Positions 23,160-36,239 of a stretch of 41,810 bases of DNA are shown here, piece after piece (the stretch's first letter is position 1; every line of letters starts with the position of its first letter). Location: NCBI RefSeq assembly GCF_001194135.2, contig NC_068982.1, forward strand, positions 142,946,753 through 142,988,562, given 5' to 3'. The notes under the pieces are model-generated. The model searched no databases and was not told the DNA's origin. It saw nothing but the letters and a program-made list of their open reading frames with translations. The translations under genes and the position numbers were made by a program. This DNA comes from Octopus bimaculoides. Its lineage: Eukaryota.

Positions 23160-23640
23160 AAGCCAACGCTGTAGGTAGTTTTCAGGAAATTTATAAGGGA
23201 AGAGATATAGATATAGTTTTGAAGTTGTATCTGGGATATTATGGTTATCCCTTCATCAATGATTACGTGAGATGGTTAAATAGAGGTAAAATGATTAAAT
23301 AGAGTTCTAAATATGGAATTAGTATGGAAAAGGAGGAGATAAGGATTATAGACGGAAATAAGAGAATATATGTACAAATAAAATATAAAATATATAAAGA
23401 GATTGTAGTTGTTCTATTATTCGAGTAAAGTGATGTATAGAGGTGGTGAAAATGTTTCGTGTGCATGGTAAGTAAGTTCCAATAGTATTTCATATTTAGT
23501 TATTTCAAATTATGGAGCAGTGTATTCTGTGTTGCTCTTTTGAAAGAGTTTTGTGGTGTGAATGGAAATTTGAGAATGTATTGGTAGTATTTGTGGATAG
23601 ATGGTAGGGGAGATGTGTATCATTAGACTGAGGAGTTAGG
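23160..23640 (-). mobile_element. Heavily decayed Penelope-like 3' end / pseudo-LTR with hammerhead remnant
   Basis: G-poor minus strand with weak C-terminal similarity (LKFPF / LSKEQHRI). At 23226-23260 it reads uUGAUGA-A-GGGAUA-accauaa-UAUCCC-A-GAuAC, a hammerhead-like core with a perfect 6-bp stem II. Confidence 0.5.
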
Positions 23641-24789
23641 TGAAAATGGAAACAGGAAGAGAAAATGTGATTAAGAATGGGAGAAAAATAGAGAGAAAGA
23701 AAAAGTGATGACAGTGAAAAGAATGAAGAAAATGTGAAAGAATTGAGAAAATTAGTGTTAGTTAGTGTTATATATATGTGTGTGTGTGTGTATGTATATG
23801 CATATATGCGCATATATATATATGTATACATGTATGTATATATATGTACATATATATGTATATATGAATATATATATATGTAGATATGTATATACATATA
23901 TGTGTCTGTGCGTATGTGTATTATGTATATATNNNNNNNNNNNNNNNNNNNNNNNNNNNNNNNNNNNNNNNNNNNNNNNNNNNNNNNNNNNNNNNNNNNN
24001 NNNNNNNNNNNNNNNNNNNNNNNNNNNNNNNNNNNNNNNNNNNNNNNNNNNNNNNNNNNNNNNNNNNNNNNNNNNNNNNNNNNNNNNNNNNNNNNNNNNN
24101 NNNNNNNNNNNNNNNNNNNNNNNNNNNNNNNNNNNNNNNNNNNNNNNNNNNNNNNNNNNNNNNNNNNNNNNTAATTACATTAATTACAATCAAATTAGTT
24201 CCCTAACCTCTTCATATACGGAACTTCCTGATTCCTGATTATTTTTGATACCAATTTCAATACGCGTTTTGAGGCCCAACTATATAAGTTGCTGCATGGT
24301 CGTGCTATAAAAGTTTGCCATCGTTGCCCTAAACACATTTTAAACAAACTTTGTGATCGCCAAAACGAACGATGTAACAGTTAACATTTGCTTCAGCCTC
24401 GGCTCTATTTCTTTTTTTTTTTTTCGGCCCACGTGAGATGCAACACAAATATTTCAGTGTCACTGTGTAATCTATTTTTTAAAATTTTTTATTCTATGTA
24501 AGTACAAGCGGTAAAACCATTTACAGAATCCACTATTCCGAAATCTTCATGGACTGCATCGCGACGAAATTCTCAAATACAGCAAACATCTTCACATCTA
24601 GGTTGGCTTCTCTTTTCCTGAAAGGTCATCCAGATCTTACATAGCCTTAGGTGAAATAGCATTCGGCTCCGAAAAGTCTCCCCTCTTAGAACTATTGACA
24701 TGTTACTAATATTTGGATAACCTATTCTATTTCCAATTTGAAACAAAATTTGACATAAATACATTGCTTTCCGTATTCCTTGGTGATAT

Positions 24790-24950
24790 TTCTCATATAT
24801 AAATAAATGTGCGAGCAGATCGATGACAAATCGTTGTTGTGATGCAGATGTCATTAAGCTCAAAATGAAGGTCACCAGATACAGCACAACAGTGACAACT
24901 TTGCCGCGGCGATTGGTTGGCGAGGAGTGAAAAAGTCTACTATTTTTAAA
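24790..24950 (-). promoter_or_regulatory. CpG-enriched island with a CCAAT box; possible minus-strand promoter or enhancer
   Basis: AACCAATCG on the minus strand (24910-24918) beside GCCGCGGC, a TATA-like tract at about 24794-24806, and a GTAAGA donor-like site at 24640-24635. Motif evidence only. Confidence 0.2.
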
Positions 24951-25118
24951 GCGCTTTTTAGAAATCGTAGATATACATACGAACATACATACATACATAC
25001 ATGTACACGCACAATTATATGTAATGGGTGATTATGTGTGTAAGTGAGTATGTGTGCATATGAATGCATATTATATCTGTATGTAAGTTTGTGAGTGTGT
25101 TTATCTTTGTATGCATGA

Positions 25119-25164
<46 letters not shown>

Positions 25165-25299
25165 NNNNNNNNNNNNNNNNNNNNNNNNNNNNNNNNNNNN
25201 NNNNNNNNNNNNNNNNNNNNNNNNNNNNNNNNNNNNNNNNNNNNNNNNNNNNNNNNNNNNNNNNNNNNNNNNNNNNNNNNNNNNNNNNNNNNNNNNNNG

Positions 25300-25333
<34 letters not shown>

Positions 25334-27745
25334 TAAATTATATTATATATATACATATATATATATAATATGTATATATGTATATATATATATATATATA
25401 TAATATGTATATATATAATGTGCATACATATATGTTTGTGTGCCTGCGTGTGTGTGTATTTGTTCAATCATACGATTTAGTAATGCGTAGTTGAAGAACA
25501 TATTGTATTTAGAATTCATTGCATATTTATTTTACTATCAGCAATTATATGAGTGTAGAAACTCCTTATGTATTTCTCAAGATGTATCTGTCAGATTACG
25601 CATGTGAATAATGACACCCGTTTGCCACACGTAAATATTGTTTATAATTGCATGCACAGAATCACTCATAGCTCAGAGCGTCATACATGATAGCTTCCAA
25701 AGATGAGAAATTTCTATAATGCATTTTCAAAATTATCACAAAAACTTTAAAAACACAACTAGTTCTTCCTTTCTAGTCGCTAACTCTCTAATGTGTTAGA
25801 AAATAAGAACGGATACTATCAATGTGGACAATGGTCTTTGAAATTTTGCTTTTCCCTCACATATCATAATGCAATCTCCTATACACATACATGATCTGAA
25901 TTTGGTATACTCATAAATTTTAAGAGATATCGCGACATAACACTATAGATATACTGATTGGTATCCTAGGACCATGGGTGCACTTGTAAGTGGTTTAACC
26001 CTATTCTGTGATGCTTCTATAACAAAAGAAATATGATATAATATATATTATGTTTCTGCAGTGTTGCCACGGCTACTACGTGATATAGAGTATATTTCTC
26101 ACCTTTCATTCTACAAAAATTTTATGCGTATACATATTTAAACATATATATATTCATATTTATATGAACGTTATATATGACCGCACTTCTGCAAGAACAA
26201 AAATTTCGTATGATATGAAGTCTATAATATAATCGTGTGTGGAAGTCTCTCTCTTCCTCTCCCTTTCACCCCTCCTCTCTCTCTCTCTCTCTCTCTCTCT
26301 TTATTTACATATATACCTTGTTAATTGTATATCGAGTCACTATACGAACTATCAGCTTAAGTTGCAATAAACGGGGAATGCATCTGCTAAAACATATATT
26401 CAGTGTTTCTTTTACATTCTTTCAGTAAAGGAATTGTTACCTTATTATTAATACAACATCCGGTTAACATTCATGGGCGGCGTCATTGGATGTTTTCGTT
26501 ACATGTCAACAAATATGTAAATAAACATAGAATTCACAAAGCGAAGAAGACTAACTACAGAATGCATGAATGATTTCATACCGAGCAGGGCTGCACACTC
26601 GGCTAGCAGCTAATTACTTTGGACAGCAATCTACACCAAGTGACTTACTTTGTCTTGGTATACCAAACAATGATTAATTGTGGTTTGGATTTTAGACGTA
26701 CAAAATATTCTAAACGTCTTACTCACACAATATGTTGTTGTATTGAATTAAACTATATCAGGTGTGTATTTATTCATCATATTTCCGAGCGGGGCTTGCT
26801 TTCTATGAGAATTAGGTATCAACCTATCCATAATATTTGACAGCGTAGGAATACACTCATAAACCATAAACTTACGCACACATTTATATTTGTTTGTGTA
26901 AATCTGTTTGTGTGTGTGTGTTTCCCCTCTGTTTCCCATTGCAAGATTCGGTTATATTGAGGCACCAACGTTAAAACGAAAGGCGTTTACAGGGACTAGG
27001 TTTCACAAGCAGTACTCGAATAAGATTTATGTATTAACACTGTTCGATACTGTCCAACATTGATGATCGAACGAGAACCAGTGATTTTAACATAGATAAC
27101 CGTAAACGTGTATGTGCGTGTGTGTATGTATGTATGTGTGTATGTATGTGTACATGGTTTTAATCCGTAATAGATTAACAACATAAGAACAACTTTCGCT
27201 TATTTAACTAAATATGAGAAGAGGTAACAAGTTCATAATGGCTTAACTAGAGATTAGCTTTTAGGTTGTTTCGTTCAGCTAGCATGTTATTTCACCCTCC
27301 GCCAACAACATTGCTAGATAAATGAATAAAAATAAAGAAAATATATAATTCAAGCACAGAATTATTAACGAAGTAGATCATAAAAAGCAGTCAGGATAAA
27401 GTCCTCTTAATTAATATATAATAACGTTAATTTCAATTGTTAGATTTTATAGATCTAAGTAAATTTTAGTGACCGCAATGAGACTAATATGACACGTTCC
27501 TGCAAAGTGAGTGTGTGAGAAGAAAGTGAGAGAAGATTTGCAAGTGTCGATAATTAGTAAAGAATGGGGAATTGGGTATAAAATCAGCCAAGTCATTGTA
27601 ACCTCACCAGAAAACCAGTGGATTCTTCTGCTAAGAAATTAGTATCACTTGACTTCTTTTTTTTTTATATATATTTTTGTAAATTAATTCCCATGGATCT
27701 GTCGGAACTGTTCTATGTGAAGTAAACTCTGTTATCTAAAATGTG

Positions 27746-28625
27746 TGATGTAATCACTGTGATGGCATCGGTGCGATATAATTTTGGTGTTGTAATCGAT
27801 GTACTGAAACGGGTGCGATTTCATCAATATGAAATATGTGACGTAATCTGTGATATGTCTTACATGATATGGCGATTGTAATGTTGTGTATGTAATGAAA
27901 TATGACTGATGTAAATTATATGCCGTAACTAATGTCATAGAGGCGTGTAGCTGAGTAGCTATGGTCGTTCGACTCATGGTCATAAAACCGTGATTCGGAT
28001 TCCAGAAATAGGTACTGTGTTGGGTGCTTTTCTTTTAGAAAAACATTTCGTTTCATGTTGCTCCAATCCACATAGATGTAAATGATTTGTAGTAATATCT
28101 GGGACGTTAACCCTGTAATGGACCAGCGTCCTATCCAGAGAGTAATTGTTGTAACCTTCGTTACTTATTCGCCATGTAAACTAGGTTAAACTCCGACCTA
28201 TTGAGCCTCAGAGGTCATGGCTAACCTAAGTAATGAAGTATTGAAATATTAACCTACATCCTGTATATACATAACATAATACGTGTGTTGTAGTCTCGTT
28301 TGTGTTATTAGTGTACACTGATCCGTGTAATGTGAACTACGAATTGAAAACTCTGTGATGCAATACATGTGATGTAATATGATGTAGTACATGTGTAATG
28401 TTTGCATGTGTAATCTATTGCGTGTGACGCAATGTATAAATACTAATCTCTTTCAAGCAACGAATACCATGTAATACCGTTAAGTGATATGTATGACGTA
28501 ATTTAGTTGGTGTAATTTATGTAACGTCACCTCTGCCAATGTAATCTACGTATAGTATTGAGTATGATGCAGATAGTGCGAGTTAATCTTGCAGAGATAT
28601 TGTGATGCAATCAGTGTGATGTAAT
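27746..28625 (+). repeat. Degenerate minisatellite-like array of TGAYGYAAT motifs, split by a SINE
   Basis: Exact TGA(T/C)G(T/C)AAT at 27746, 27839, 28356, 28370, 28425, 28494, 28603 and 28617, plus many near-matches, all on the + strand. Confidence 0.75.
27940..28225 (+). mobile_element. Old tRNA-derived SINE with a Deu/Nin-like central domain
   Basis: A-box-like gtagctgagtagc, B-box-like gattcggattcc, core gttgctccaatccacatagatgtaaatg, and taaccctgtaatggaccagcgtcctatccagagag (28108-28142). The last motif resembles the Deu/Nin domain AACCCTGYGATGGACTRGCRTCCCRTCCAGGG as recalled from memory. Confidence 0.6.
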
Positions 28626-29386
28626 GTGTATTGTGCAATCAATGTGATGTTCACCAGCTGCTTAATTTGCAATTACATTTATAAGTGCATATCCAATTTA
28701 TACTCTAATGAGAAATATTTTAACTGTGCAACTCATTATTACAATGGCCCATTTAGAAACGTGATTCTGATGGAAGACGTTACTCAGGCAACAACACTAA
28801 CATTCTAATGTACTTACACAAATGAGATATTCTAAGGCACTTTGAAGAAGGTTTAAATAATTAAAAAAAAACTAAAAATAAGAATGGAATAACATATGTT
28901 ACCATCCTTTTTCTAGTTTAAATTTCCATTCCAATGTTGAATCCCAATGTAATCAATTCTCTGGGGACTAATCATTTTGCAACATCCTCCATACGAATCG
29001 AGTTAAGGTAGCTAGAACTGCGCAAAAATAGTTATCATCGCAAACAGACTAAGATTGTTTTCCATACGAGAACAAAATATTTTCTGTCATTGCAGCAACA
29101 TTAATATTCCATTAGCCCATCCTTACTTGTTTCCCTAAATTATTAGGATATTTAATTGCGCTCTCATTGAAAGTACGAATGAAATGGAAAGATTTATAGG
29201 GCTAGCTAAAAATTTCTTCAAAAGAAGGTTCTTGCAGAATATATTTAAACATTCAGAGAAACTTCAGTATCCAAAATATACATCAAGCTCAGAAGATTAA
29301 CAGTCATACACAATCGAACTTCACAATCATAGCACAGGCTAATAGTCCAACAAATATTGAATTTGAGTGTGTATGTGTGTGTGTGT

Positions 29387-29435
<49 letters not shown>

Positions 29436-29489
29436 TAAAAATATATTAAGCAGGTAATACGCTAGGAATATAGACTGTGTTTCCGCCGA

Positions 29490-29645
29490 AGCAAACTCCG
29501 CCGAGGTTGACTTTGCTTTTCATCTTTTTGGGGTCGATTAAATAAGTACCAGTTACGCCCTGTGGTCGATGTAATCTATCGAAAGCCTTTGTCTGTCCTT
29601 GTTTGTCCCCTCTATGATTAGCCCCTTGTGGGCAATAAAGAATAA
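29490..29645 (+). mobile_element. SINE family B, 5'-truncated
   Basis: ccgccgaggttgactttgcttttcatctttttggggtcgattaaataagtaccagttacgc...tttgtctgtccttgtttgtcccctctatgattagccccttgtgggcaataaag. Confidence 0.88.
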
Positions 29646-30829
29646 ATATAATGTGTGTTATCTATTCAGAACAAAGACTGCACGTATGTATGATAATTAA
29701 TTACAAACACATGCCACAAATCATTTGACACCGAAATGTTAATATTTTAAGAAGGAAAATGCAAGAAAAAAAAACAAAAAATAGCTTTGCTGATATCAGA
29801 GAGAAAACAACACACAGTAAGTGGTACAGGGAGCGGGGATAATAATCAAATTTGCTCTATCGTAACAAAACTAGAAGAGAAAAGGAAGAAAAAAGAAGAG
29901 AGTTGGCAGAAAATAGAGAAAAGAAAGTGCACTGTGTTAAGAGAATGATCGTTAAATTCTGAATGATATTCGGCAAATAGAATGATGCCATTGTTTAAAT
30001 AAACCATCAATTTCGATCGGTGATTAGCTGAGGCTAATATGTTGCTTTGATTATTATACAAACCTATTCTATAGTAAAAATCAATAGTATTCAATATTGA
30101 AGTTATAATATCAGATATCTAAACACAAAACAAAAAGTGTTTGTATGAACAAAGTGTTCAGGTGTATATAAAAGAATATTTCAGTGTAATTCATTTATAG
30201 AAGGGGAAGAAACAAAACAAAAAAAACAACAAATCTACAAATTAATATACGATAAAGAAGCAGCTCGACGAATTGAGATAGAAGTTGAATAATTTCAAAG
30301 GTAATAAGATCAATAAACATAAATGAAATTACTCAGAAATGTGGTTTGAATATATATTTGAAGATATATTTGAAGAAAAGCAACAAAAATGTATTAAGTT
30401 ATAGCAGTACGTACGTTTCGTACAAACGTCATTTATTTATGTAGTGAGAACACCACATAAGATGTGCAATGAAAATGTACTCCTCAGCTGCATAATGGAA
30501 GTTCATTTCAGAAAATCATTTTGTAAATGTGTGCAAATACAAGAGTAGGAGATGAAGAGAATACCATGTCGACTGGGCTCACCAAATCTCTTGATTTGGT
30601 TTTTGGTTTTTACCCTACCAAATTCGAGTGTCACAAACACTTTAGGTACCACATTTAATCTTTTGATTAAATCTATATTATTATTTAAAGATATATTTAA
30701 AGAAGTCATCTCGGAGGTGCAGAAGGAAGGGGTAGCAAAGTGAGAGATCTGTGAAATGATTTTAATTGCAGAGTACTAGATGAAATATGAGGTAAAATGT
30801 ATGGAGATATAAAAAATAAATCTAGAGAA

Positions 30830-30965
30830 AGCACATAGGCTAATTTTTTTAGGTTCTTTGCTCGAGACCATAGTGTCAAAAGTTCAATTCCTGGACCACG
30901 TAGTAGCATTGTGTCCTTGAAAAGAGTACTTCCTTCCCTATTGCTCCTATCTACTCAGCTACGAC
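30830..30965 (+). mobile_element. SINE family C-like head and core fragment
   Basis: aagttcaattcctgg...gcattgtgtccttgaaaagag...ttgctcctatctactcagct. Confidence 0.55.
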
Positions 30966-31987
30966 GATTACTGTCTGTGCCTTCTTCTTGCAGTCTCTTT
31001 ATACAGCAGTGCCTTGGGGTACGTCCTGGATGTGTGTCTGCGTTAAAGATGAGGGAACCCAAGAGGATTTCTGCTTGCGGCTTCATAGGCACCTTTTCAA
31101 TCATACTATTCCAAATATTAACTTTTACAACCAATTTAACGTCTTGCACATCATAACCCACTGCTCAGTTTTCTTTGATTTTTTGTCCATTCTCAATCAA
31201 TCTACTTTAGTCTCACCGCCATCTTCACATTAATATTCCTCCCACATATCATATTTTCTTTCTATTCTCCAGCCCCAGCACAGTTGCTCATTTCTTACCG
31301 CTTCTTATTTTGGACTTCAAAATGTTGTCTTGTTCTCATTTTATCCTTTGAGCCAAATTAACAAATAATATTATTAAAAGCGTTATTTATTTTATTTTAT
31401 TTTATTTTTTATTATTTTTTTTTTGTATAGCGAATGTATATCACGAAAATATTGCTTAAATAATTTTCACTTCGATTTTGTAGTTTCATCAACTCTTGCA
31501 ANNNNNNNNNNNNNNNNNNNNNNNNNNNNNNNNNNNNNNNNNNNNNNNNNNNNNNNNNNNNNNNNNNNNNNNNNNNNNNNNNNNNNNNNNNNNNNNNNNN
31601 NNNNNNNNNNNNNNNNNNNNNNNNNNNNNNNNNNNNNNNNNNNNNNNNNNNNNNNNNNNNNNNNNNNNNNNNNNNNNNNNNNNNNNNNNNNNNNNNNNNN
31701 NNNNNNNNNNNNNNNNNNNNNNNNNNNNNNNNNNNNNNNNNNNNNNNNNNNNNNNNNNNNNNNNNNNNNNNNNNNNNNNNNNNNNNNNNNNNNNNNNNNN
31801 NNNNNNNNNNNNNNNNNNNNNNNNNNNNNNNNNNNNNNNNNNNNNNNNNNNNNNNNNNNNNNNNNNNNNNNNNNNNNNNNNNNNNNNNNNNNNNNNNNNN
31901 NNNNNNNNNNNNNNNNNNNNNNNNNNNNNNNNNNNNNNNNNNNNNNNNNNNNNNNNNNNNNNNNNNNNNNNNNNNNNNNNNNNNNNN

Positions 31988-32056
<69 letters not shown>

Positions 32057-33917
32057 AGTGTGCATGTGTGCGTGTACTTGTGTGCGTAATTGTGTGTCTA
32101 GTGGTTTCTATAGTTCGAACCGTAATCGATAAAATATATAGTGGATTGGGGTCTATATGTACAACGGCATCTTTTATAGATGTTCTCTAATCTGGGCCAA
32201 AATGTCTAAAACCACAAAACCAATATTTATTATAAAATAATATTCTATTTCTGCGCTTTGCTTTACTGAAGTTGAATGTTAACTTTCAAGATATATACTC
32301 ATAAATATTTTGCATCTATTTTTCTCCCATGTACCATCTTGGCATTTTTTCCTAATTTGTCCTGTATATTGTGTAATCAAATTGAGGTTGCCACAATTTA
32401 ATTAAGAAATTAGGTGATATATACAAATGTTCTCTAATTGTTGTAATTGCTGTTATTTCCTTTTAAATGAAATACTCCGTTAATTGCTGCCTTTATTGCA
32501 TTGTTAATCACCTCACCTTACCTCTTTTGGTTACTCTCTGAATTAATTAATAAAGTATAAGAAAGAATAGTTATTGCCCAAACACGCTATTAAGTGCACG
32601 TCTGCTTCACCATACAACAAGGAAAACCGTCTATTTAATACTACTTTGATAGATTAATTAATAGCTCAGCCTAACCTACAATTAATTTAATTTCCTTATA
32701 ACCTTCGTTGATACACCAGGAATTTGCATTACTCATGAAAATACTCTATTTATCATTTCATGTTTTTATTTTCCCGTTTTCCTCTTTGTTTTCCACAATC
32801 ACCATAATAAAGCTCCCTTTGCTTTCAAATAAACAAAAATCGATTATATTTGAGTTGTAGTATCAAGTTTCTAATCTGGTGACCTTGTGAAGTAGGTCTT
32901 TCTATTGAATTTGCAATTACGCTCAAGTAATGTATTTTGGGTGCCTAGATGACTGAAACGATAATATGGCTGACATATCCCCGATAAGTCGGCAGTTTCT
33001 GTACTGCCAACAGCTTACACCATTGTGTCCGAGACCAAGACATATAACTTTAATAATACTAAGTTCTCTCAGCTCAACGTAGGTTTTTAAAACAAAGTAC
33101 TTTCAACTCAATGAAATGCACTCATTCATTTACAATGTCTTGCGTTTTGTCATCTGGGTCAAATCACTTATCACACCCTTTGTTATTAACTTGCTGCGTT
33201 TATCGAAGTCTTTAAGCTCACATTTGCTCTCATTGAGCAGAACCATGATCATAAATATTCCAGCTATGAACAGTAAATTTATTTTTCAGGCACCGAGTCT
33301 AAACTAAATTATTTTATGAGCTGCACTTTTATTTGAGACAACACTGTGTGATTTAAGATAAAATTATTTAGTTTTAATATCATGTCAAGTAACCGCGCTG
33401 AAGGGCAGTCATTAGGTCTACTATTATTATAAGGATAGATAAGGCATGCTTCATGATCGCATCTCCTTGTGGAAACTCGAAAGAGTTCCTGAACACAGCG
33501 TATCCGCTTACTGGTATTGCTTCGTAAAAAAATCAACACATTTCTTTTGCCTCATCTTGAGCAAAAAGTGAAGAGTTTCTGTTTAAATAGTAATTAAGAA
33601 TTTTCTTTTTAAATTTAAAGTACCAGGTTCAAACTCGGTGCTCCAAAGTCTAAGACTTTTAACGGAACAATAACAAAAAAGAAAAAAAAAACATTTGATT
33701 GCTAACAAAATAGTATGCGATTCATTTCAGGGACATCACTGATTTTATAGAATTCCTTTTGTTTACAAAAGAGTGCAGCAGAAAAAAATGAAACTCGGAA
33801 TCGCTCTGCTTGACCAACGTTCCAATAATAAACGCAAAGATAATCTAAAACATAATAGTAACAGCAACAATAAATTGATAAAATATTAAAATATTATTAT
33901 TAACATGGTATTCTTAA

Positions 33918-34283
33918 TGGCTGTGTGTTAAGAAGCTTGCTTCCCATCCATATGGTTCTGGGTTCAGTCCCACTGAATGGCACCTACTATAGCCTCGGGC
34001 CGACCAAAGCCTTGTGAGTGGATTTCGTAGACGGAAACTCTAGGAAGCCTGTCGTATGTATATATATATGCATGTATGTAAATGTTTGTGTGTCTGTGTT
34101 CGTCCCACCACCGTCACTTGAAAACCGAGGTTGGTGTGTTTACGCCCCCGTAACTTAGCGGCTCGGCAAAATAAACCGATAGAATAAGTACTAAGTTTAC
34201 AAAGAATAAGTCCTGGAGTCGATTCGTCTGCTTAAAGCGGTGCTCCAACATGGCCGCAGTCAAATGACTTAAGCAAGTAAAAG
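33918..34283 (+). mobile_element. SINE family A, near full length, short internal deletion
   Basis: Colinear with the 14657 copy but reads tggcacc|tactatag, lacking the tgggcaagtgtc segment. Tail gcggtgctccaacatggccgcagtcaaatgact. Confidence 0.92.
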
Positions 34284-35243
34284 TGTAAATGAAGACGCCG
34301 TTTCAATTTGCTTAACTTCGCTTATGCTTCACCAATGGCCTAATAAAATATGGAAGCTATGGGTGGAGGTCTGCTACACTCCGTATTTATTCATCACTTC
34401 CTATTTGAAAATGTTTATTGACAGAGAAAAGAGGTTCAGTTAGAAGTTATTTAGGCTGTACAGGAGAGTAATCATATCTAACTTCAGTTAGATCACTGGG
34501 TTTATGAAACTGTGAATGAAACCAATAGAGTATATAATTAGATACATTGACTTATCTTTCAGCGTTTGTTGGCAGCTTATCTATAGATTTACATAAGTCC
34601 TCTATCAATAATAAATCTACACATCGACAAAGTAGTCTTTTGGGAAATTTAGAAAGATTTCAGAAAGTTTGATTCATCGGTTTATTCGACTTTATAACGT
34701 TCTGAAAAAATTTCTTCTACAATCCTGATTGTATAAAGAAGCTTATAAGATAGAAATAAAGTATTAAGTAGTGATGATCCATCTTGAATAGGCATGCTTT
34801 ATTAATTTACAATCCGATGCGATCGGCGAGAGAAATCACAGTTTTGCAACTTTGATAACAAAGTCAACGGGATGAATGGAATGATATATTTGCACTACAG
34901 AAAATAGAAATCGGGTCACAGTATTGACTTGTAACAAGCTGACCTCTTGCTTTCCTGAATACGAACTGCAACCATTATATAATATTGATTTCTATGTTAG
35001 ATACTGGGCCGTGATTAAGGGAGGTAAAATAATGTATTGTTATGATGAATTCATACTAAAGGACAGGCCGTAAGTGAACAGAAATGCTATAAACACTATT
35101 AGAATCTGAGTCATTGACTCATAGAATGAACTGATTCCACCCCGTTCCTCACCCGTCTCCTATGCACTGAATATCGGTAATTCTCATTTCATCTGCAACA
35201 GAACACCCAATGATAGAGAAATGATTGATTCTAATACATAATA

Positions 35244-35545
35244 TTTTACTCTTTTACTCGTTCCTGCCATGCCGCTGCGGTCATGCTGGAAAACCACCGT
35301 GGTCATTCTGATTTCCTCAGTCTGGGGTCTTTCACGTCACCACTACTTTTCTCCGAGCTGTTGGCCTATTCAGTGTACAAGGGAGTGTTTGATTCCGCTG
35401 CCCCCGTCTGCAACTCATGTCGGGTTGTTGGTTCATCCGGTATTGTGAAGAGGAGGATGTCTAGATGCTTTTTGAAGATATCTACTTTCATCTTAGACAG
35501 ATTTCTTAATTTTTGTAGCAGGGCATTGAAGAGCTCTATATAGTT
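35244..35545 (-). mobile_element. 3' end of a CR1/L2-group LINE
   Basis: Minus frame IELFNALLQKLRNLSKMKVDIFKKHLDILLFTIPDEPTTRHELQTGAAESNTPLYTE* matches LFN.LP..LR......FK..LD..L..IPDEP......AA.SN. Tail ggtggttttccagcatgaccgcagcggcatggcaggaacgagtaaaagagtaaaa. Confidence 0.85.
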
Positions 35546-35794
35546 TATGTATACTTTATTTGACCGTTAGAAACAATTACATTTGTTTCTAACAACAAAT
35601 GTATTTTGTTGTTAGAAATTTACAGTTGTCGTTTACAGTGTAAAAGAATTATCTTCTGACATTTGTTTTCATTGCTGATGTTCTGGAGTTAAATCCTGCC
35701 TAGGGCGACTCATCTCTGCGGACTCAATGAAAAAAAAGTACCAGTAAAAGCTCTAGGTTTGGCTATAGCTAAACTGATTTTGTATATATAAAAC

Positions 35795-36083
35795 TGGGAC
35801 TCCGTAAGTTACGACGGTGAACTTTTCAGTTGATCCTATCAACGGAACAGCCTGCTCGTGAAATTAACGTGCAAATGGCGGAGCACTCTACAGACACGCC
35901 CACTCTTAACAGAATGTAACTAGACTGGTTTTTTTTTTTTTAATTACACGTAAAACTAATTTTTGCTAGTTGAGCAGACTAGGGAAGCGTAAAATAAAGT
36001 GTCTTGCTCAAGGACTTTTGATTTTACGGACTCACAATCTACAATCGTGAGCCGATTACCCTACACATTTAACCACGCGCCTT
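35795..36083 (-). mobile_element. SINE family C, full length
   Basis: Reverse complement begins aaggcgcgtggttaaatgtgtagggtaatcggctcacgat, then gtccttgagcaagacactttattt, and ends gcacgttaatttcacgagcaggctgttccgttgatagg. Confidence 0.88.
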
Positions 36084-36239
36084 CTCATATATATATGTAT
36101 GTGTGTGTACGCGCGCGCGTGCGCGCGTGTTTGTGGGTGAATTTATCTGTGTGTACATATATACGCATGTAAATATGTGAAATGTATATCAATATTCGTG
36201 AGCCATACGTGCAGCTGCCGAATCTAATTCTACCACTGC

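Noticed and set aside
24490-24600. In-frame TGA in CEDVCCI*EFRRD read as selenocysteine (CxxU)
   Set aside because: No SECIS found and no selenoprotein-family similarity.
30960-31330. Faint Penelope-like C-terminal similarity (ISACG...QFSLI) with a pyrimidine tail
   Set aside because: Needs several ad hoc frameshifts; too weak to call.
32380-32700. Dense TAAT/TTAATTAA homeodomain-like sites
   Set aside because: Cannot be distinguished from the very AT-rich background without conservation data.
35042-35109. C/D-box snoRNA (ATGATGA ... CTGA, 68 nt)
   Set aside because: Poor terminal stem, no clear C'/D' boxes and no rRNA complement that I recognise.
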